Shown in pieces: positions 59,544-64,000 of a stretch of 64,000 nt of DNA. This DNA is from Selaginella moellendorffii (taxonomy: Eukaryota > Plantae > Lycopodiophyta): contig NW_003314267.1 in the NCBI RefSeq assembly GCF_000143415.4, forward strand, positions 186,001-250,000. Direction: 5' to 3'. The first letter of the stretch is position 1, and the number at the start of each line of letters is the position of its first letter. The notes beneath the pieces were generated by a model. The model saw nothing but the letters and a program-made list of their open reading frames with translations. It ran no database searches and was not told where the DNA came from. The position numbers and the translations under genes are program-made.

Positions 59544-59567
59544 TCCCACTTTAACGAAATAGAGCTT
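59544..59567 (-). repeat. Right TIR
   Basis: Followed by TSD ATGA. Confidence 0.95.
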
Positions 59568-59749
59568 ATGAGTTCTTTTTCTCTTTTATACTTGTGATTG
59601 TTTGTCACGGCTGTAAGTTTTGGTGGAAAGGCTCAATAGTTACTTCATTGCATTTGGGTGGTTTTATACATGAGTATGTGGCAACTCTCGGTGGTTTGAG
59701 GATGGGTGATGTGGACTTTTTTTGGTTTCTGTCACCTAGCTTGAGTGTT

Positions 59750-60480
59750 TTCATGAAGGCTTACTCAAGGTAGAGCCTTGGTCAGTACGTTTGTCAGCAT
59801 CTAGCTTGACTGTTTCAAGAAGACTCACTCACTTGGTCAGTACGTCTGCCAACATCATGTTAGTAGGTCACAATTCCAAGAGAATTTTGCCTTTTTGGAT
59901 CAGCTCCTATATGAAGTGGAAATGCAATTTTATGTGCTTTGTTCTTGAGTGGAATCATGAGTTCCTCATAAGAGCAATAGCAGACTGATTATCACACTAG
60001 AGCTATATGGGAGGCAGATCTTCAAGAAGCTTACTCAACCAGATCACCTCCTTTGCTATTGTTGCTGCTACTACATATTCTGATTTTATTAAAGACATAG
60101 CTGTGATAGCATGCTTCTTCAAGCACCAACTGCAAAATGTTCTTGCAATGGATTCTCCAAGTACTTTGCCATGCAGCTTATAAGGTAGGCTAAATCTGGC
60201 CTTGTAGAAATCACGGGATAGATCATGCTGCCGACCATCAACACAAGATATATCACTTTTCTCCTGCTCGGATGTTTGGATGTGGAAGCCTTGGAAAGCT
60301 TAAGGCTTGCTTGCATGGGAGTGGCCACAAGATTAAAAGTACCTTTGAAGTGCATGTTTTTCCTGAGAGAGCTCAAGAATCCATTGTCTCTAGTTCCTTC
60401 ATATTTGGATTCCAAGGTAGTAGTGCAACTCACCAAGATTTAATTTCCCAGAGAGTTGAGTCTTAATTTGGATATCATCC
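59750..60480 (-). mobile_element. Ty1/copia RT-RNase H remnant
   Basis: VGSMIY..STRPDLAY, DNQSAIAL, KHIKLHFHFI, PTNMMLADVLTK on the minus strand, with stops. Confidence 0.8.
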
Positions 60481-61452
60481 ACATAAAGCACTAGGAAGAT
60501 AAATCCTTGGCCTTTAAAGTAGATATATAGGTTATCATTGTAGTCTAAAAAACTATTAGTCTTGTTATACTGCTCATACCTAAGTTTCGATTTGGATTTT
60601 TTGGAAGGTCATCTGGCCTAAATACTGCCTTCTTCAATGATATCGCCCACTCGCTACAGCCTCTGGAGATATCTCCAGATGCATGGTCAATTGGTTCACT
60701 GGGGCAGGGATAGGTGTCGGGAGCACCTAGAAGAAAAGCTGGCAATCTCGGCTTTGGGGGTTTTGGTCGGTGTGAGCTGAGTGTCGTCCATGTGCTAGAC
60801 GGGTGGTCACGAATCACTCTCGAGTGAAATCCAATAATGCTTAAAACTAAGTATCCCAAAACTTTGGGATACTCTATATTTGAACCCTTATGGATCATCT
60901 TGTGAAACACAAATCCCTAAGCCCCAAAATGGAGCCAAAAGGGTGTTATATAATAATAGTCAAAGCTGAAGCTAAATGAGAGGAACATATTTGGTTTAAA
61001 GGCTTTTATTCAAAAAGTCAAGAGCAAAAGTGGAACTCCCAATGAAGTGCTTAAGGAATGAGTACGAAACAATTAATAAGTGAGTTTCTAGAAAAGGGAT
61101 ATAAAAGGACCAACACATGATATATAGAAGTGTTGGGACCAAATCTGAGATGGACTTGAGATGGAGTCCGAGATGGAACCAAGATGGAATCCGAGATGGA
61201 GTTTGAGAAGAAGTCCGAGATGGACCCAAGATGGAGTCTGAGATGGACTCGAGATGGAGTTTGAGATGGAGACTAAGACCAGATATGAGACTGAGACCGA
61301 GACTAGGTCAAAGATCAAGTTTGAGTCCAATGTAAGCAACTAAAGGGAACGACTCAAAAGACAGTCCATAGGGTTCAAATATAGAGGGAAAGGGCCCATG
61401 AATAAGAGTGCACCTCCTTTTTCAATCGGTTAAGGGTCTTGGGATATTTGGG

Positions 61453-61507
61453 GTTAAGCGTCCTTGGGTTTGAATAGTACTGGGCTGGGTGACCTCCTGG
61501 GAAATCC
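61453..61507 (+). promoter_or_regulatory. 5S rDNA-derived internal Pol III promoter segment (box A / IE / box C) in LTR1
   Basis: GTTAAGCGTCCTTGGGTTTGAATAGTACTGGGCTGGGTGACCTCCTGGGAAATCC resembles the plant 5S rRNA internal control region. Confidence 0.88.
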
Positions 61508-62215
61508 AAACTCAGGAGCGTTACATTTGGTATCGGAGCGGTCTCGGGTCCGACTCTGTTGGTTGCGGTCTCGGGTCCGACTCTGTTGGTTGGCTAAGGG
61601 AATCGCACCACATATTGATTGACATCTGGCTGGTCCAGTTTGCTCCCACTGGGCTCGACCCGAGGGGTAGGGTGTCAAAGAGAGCGGGGCTCTCAAGAGA
61701 GCTACGGCTCTCAGCTTCCGTTCACGAGGGCGTGAACTTGCAGGGAAGCGTGGTGGATGGGAACGACTCAAGAGACGGTCCATGGGTTCAAATATAGAGG
61801 GAAAGGGCCCATGAATAAGAGTGCACCTCCTTTTTCAATCGGTTAAGGGTCTTGGGATATTTGGGGGACCTCCCGGGAAGTCCAAACTCAGGAGCGTTAC
61901 ATTTGGTATCGGAGCGGTCTCGGGTCCGACTCTGTTGGTTGGCTAAGGGAATCACACCACATATTGATTGACATCTGGCTGGTCCAGTTTGCTCCCACTG
62001 GGCTCGACCCGAGGGGTAGGGTGTCAAAGAGAGCGGGGCTCTCAAGAGAGCTACGGCTCTCAGCTTCCGTTCACGAGGGCGTGAACTTGCAGGGAAGCGT
62101 GGTGGATGGGAACGACTCAAGAGACGGTCCATGGGGTTCAAATATAGAGGGAAAGGGCCCATGAATAAGAGTGCACCTCCTTTTTCAATCGGTTAAGGGT
62201 CTTGGGATATTTGGG

Positions 62216-62270
62216 GTTAAGCGTCCTTAGGTTTGAATAGTACTGGTTTGGGTGACCTCCCGGGAAGTCC
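62216..62270 (+). promoter_or_regulatory. 5S rDNA-derived segment in LTR3
   Basis: GTTAAGCGTCCTTAGGTTTGAATAGTACTGGTTTGGGTGACCTCCCGGGAAGTCC. Confidence 0.88.
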
Positions 62271-62726
62271 AAACTCAGGAGCATTACATCCAAGTCTGAG
62301 TCCAAGGGTGAAAGCTTAAAGCAATCGTCTTCAAGACCTTAGGGGGTTTGGTGAACTCCAAAAGTATAGTAGGGGGAAGAACTTTAGTGGAACTAGTTTG
62401 GCCAAGAAAAGTTAGTATGATCAAGGAAGGTTATACCCACGTAGTGGGTGATAATATAACCAATAAGAAGTCCAAGGCTAGAGTGAAAAGAAGAGGAGTA
62501 GTCCTTTCATTTAGTGACTAATGATATGGTCACATGGCAAGAAAGTCCTAAAAGATAATGGGACTTAGTGGTTAGGTCTTCAAGCCCTAACCTAGTAGCA
62601 ATGTTGGCGAGCATGGTTGTGGACGAAAAAGGACTTAGTGGGGATTGAAGAAGGGATATTGGGGAAGGGTATTCCCTATGTTTTTGTGAATCCCAAGGAT
62701 GGTAAAGTGTAGTCATAGGATGACCA

Positions 62727-64000
62727 TGTGAGACACAAAATCCCTAGGCCCCAAAGTGGAGCCGGAAGGGTGCCACGTGGTAGTGGCCGAAGCGAAAGCC
62801 AAACGAGCGTAACACGTTTGGACTAAAAGCTCTAACTTGAAAGGTCGAGAGTGGGAGTGGAACTCCCAACAAAGTGCTCGAGGAACAAGCACAAAGTGAG
62901 CAATAAGCGAGGCTCCAAAAAGGGACCCAAAAGGACTAACACATAACATGTGGAGGAGGAGTCCAAGGTGGAGTTTGAGGTGGAGTCCGAGATGGAGTCC
63001 GAGATGGAGTCCGAGATGGAGTCCGAGGTGGAGTCCAAGATGGACCAAGATGGAGTCTGAGATGGACCCGAGATGGAGTCCGAGATGGACCGAGATGGAG
63101 TCCGAGATGGACCCGAGATGGAGTCCGAGATGGACCCGAGATGGAATCCGAGATGGACCGAGATGGAGTCCGAGATGGACTCAAGATGGAGTCCGAGATG
63201 GACTCGAGATGGAGTCCGAGATGGACCGAGATGGACCTGAGATGGAGTCCGAGATGGACCGAGACGGAGTCTGAGATGGACCCGAGATGGAGTCCGAGAT
63301 GGACCTGACGTGGAGTCCGAGATGGACCCGAGATGGAGTCCGAAGTTGAGACCGAGACCTAGACCGAGACCAGGACTGAGACCGAGACCGGGATTGAGAC
63401 CGAGACCGGGACCGAGACCGAGACTGAGGTTGAGGCCGAGACCAAGCCCAAGTCCGAGTCTGAGTCCGAGTCCGAGTTCGAGTCCGAGTTCGAGTCTGAG
63501 AGGGTGAAAGCCCAAAGCGTTCGTCTCCCAGACCCTGGGGGGTTTGGTGAGCTCCAAAAGTATAGTAAGGGGGAGGACTGCAATGGAGCCAGTTTGGCCA
63601 GGAAAGGCCAGTTTGGCCCAAAAAGGCCAGACCCAATGTTGGGTGATGAACTGACCACTGGGAAGTCCAAGACTAGAGTGAATACAGACCGACAAGCGAG
63701 GTATCTTGGTGAAGTGTTCAAGAGCCGGCTCTAGTTCCCCCGGGAGATCGACTGGCTGATGCTCCCAGTCCAAGTGTGGGTGGCACTACCTACTTGGATA
63801 CCAGGCATGGCTCAACAGAACCTCGCTCTAAGCCCATGGCTAGAGCACCTAAAGGTGGAAGGTGGGGAGAGTACCCACGGGGCTCGTGTAGGCCCATGGT
63901 ATTCCGAAATGTTGTCCCGGAGTCCCAAATGGGGGGAAAGGAGGAGGAGCAGTCCTCTAGTGTAGTGACTAAGGATACAATCACATGGTGAGGAAGTCCC
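62727..64000. mobile_element. Young LTR of the 1577-3228 family (runs off the window) with expanded minisatellite
   Basis: Starts TGTGAGACACAAAATCCCTAGG and is highly similar to 1577-2731; longer GATGGAGTCCGA array at ~62960-63500. Confidence 0.92.

Larger units (their letters stand above)
46977..59567. mobile_element. 12.6-kb TIR DNA transposon, Sola1-like, with transposase and divergent cargo gene
   Basis: Perfect 24-bp TIR AAGCTCTATTTCGTTAAAGTGGGA (46977-47000 / 59544-59567); 4-bp TSD ATGA (46973-46976 / 59568-59571); DDD-type transposase. Confidence 0.92.
61331..62288 (+). mobile_element. Cassandra-like TRIM in tandem configuration LTR-int-LTR-int-LTR
   Basis: TG...CA ends, 5-bp TSD TCCAA (61326-61330 / 62289-62293). 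LTRs at 61331-61525, 61758-61901, 62107-62288. Met-tRNA-type PBS TGGTATCGGAGC; ~205-230-bp noncoding internal domains; 5S-derived segment in LTRs. Confidence 0.9.
60901..62726. mobile_element. Old diverged LTR of the 1577-3228 family, interrupted by a Cassandra-like TRIM and a younger self copy
   Basis: Begins TGTGAAACACAAATCCCTAAGCCCC; colinear with ~1577-2905 with many transitions. Confidence 0.85.

Noticed and set aside
59568-60500. Kinase domain of the LRR gene displaced by the transposon
   Set aside because: The stop codon precedes the TSD, and the sequence beyond the right TIR shows no kinase motifs, only UTR-like DNA and a copia remnant.
61453-61507. A genuine 5S rRNA gene
   Set aside because: Only ~55 nt of the internal region is present, without the 5S 5' or 3' ends, and it lies inside an LTR.

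Overview
This is eukaryotic land-plant nuclear DNA. Very short (~50 bp) introns, high gene density and PLS-PPR style suggest a lycophyte such as Selaginella (inference). Left part (1.5-13.8 kb): a three-level LTR-retrotransposon nest. A decayed non-chromoviral Ty3/gypsy element holds an intact Tcn1/Tf1-type chromovirus (self-priming PBS, -1 frameshift pseudoknot) and a 1.65-kb solo LTR. Middle (14-47 kb): host genes IMPL1, SUB1-like, DRP4C/Mx-like dynamin, DET1, PIG-W, an orphan gene with a tandem-duplication scar, ARASP/RseP, a PLS-E PPR, an LRR pseudogene, and a kinase-less receptor-like protein with a BRI1/BRL-type ectodomain and island domain. Right part: a 12.6-kb DNA transposon (46977-59567) with perfect 24-bp TIRs and a 4-bp ATGA TSD. 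It encodes a Sola1-like DDD transposase and a divergent multi-exon cargo gene (ParB-like, degenerate MTase-like and FCP1/HAD-like regions), and carries about 20 copies of a 22-bp palindrome, several inside the cargo gene's own introns. This is the best candidate for an undescribed system. The window ends with a copia remnant and nested LTRs containing a tandem 5S-bearing Cassandra-like TRIM. Family assignments are by motif recognition from memory; no searches were run.
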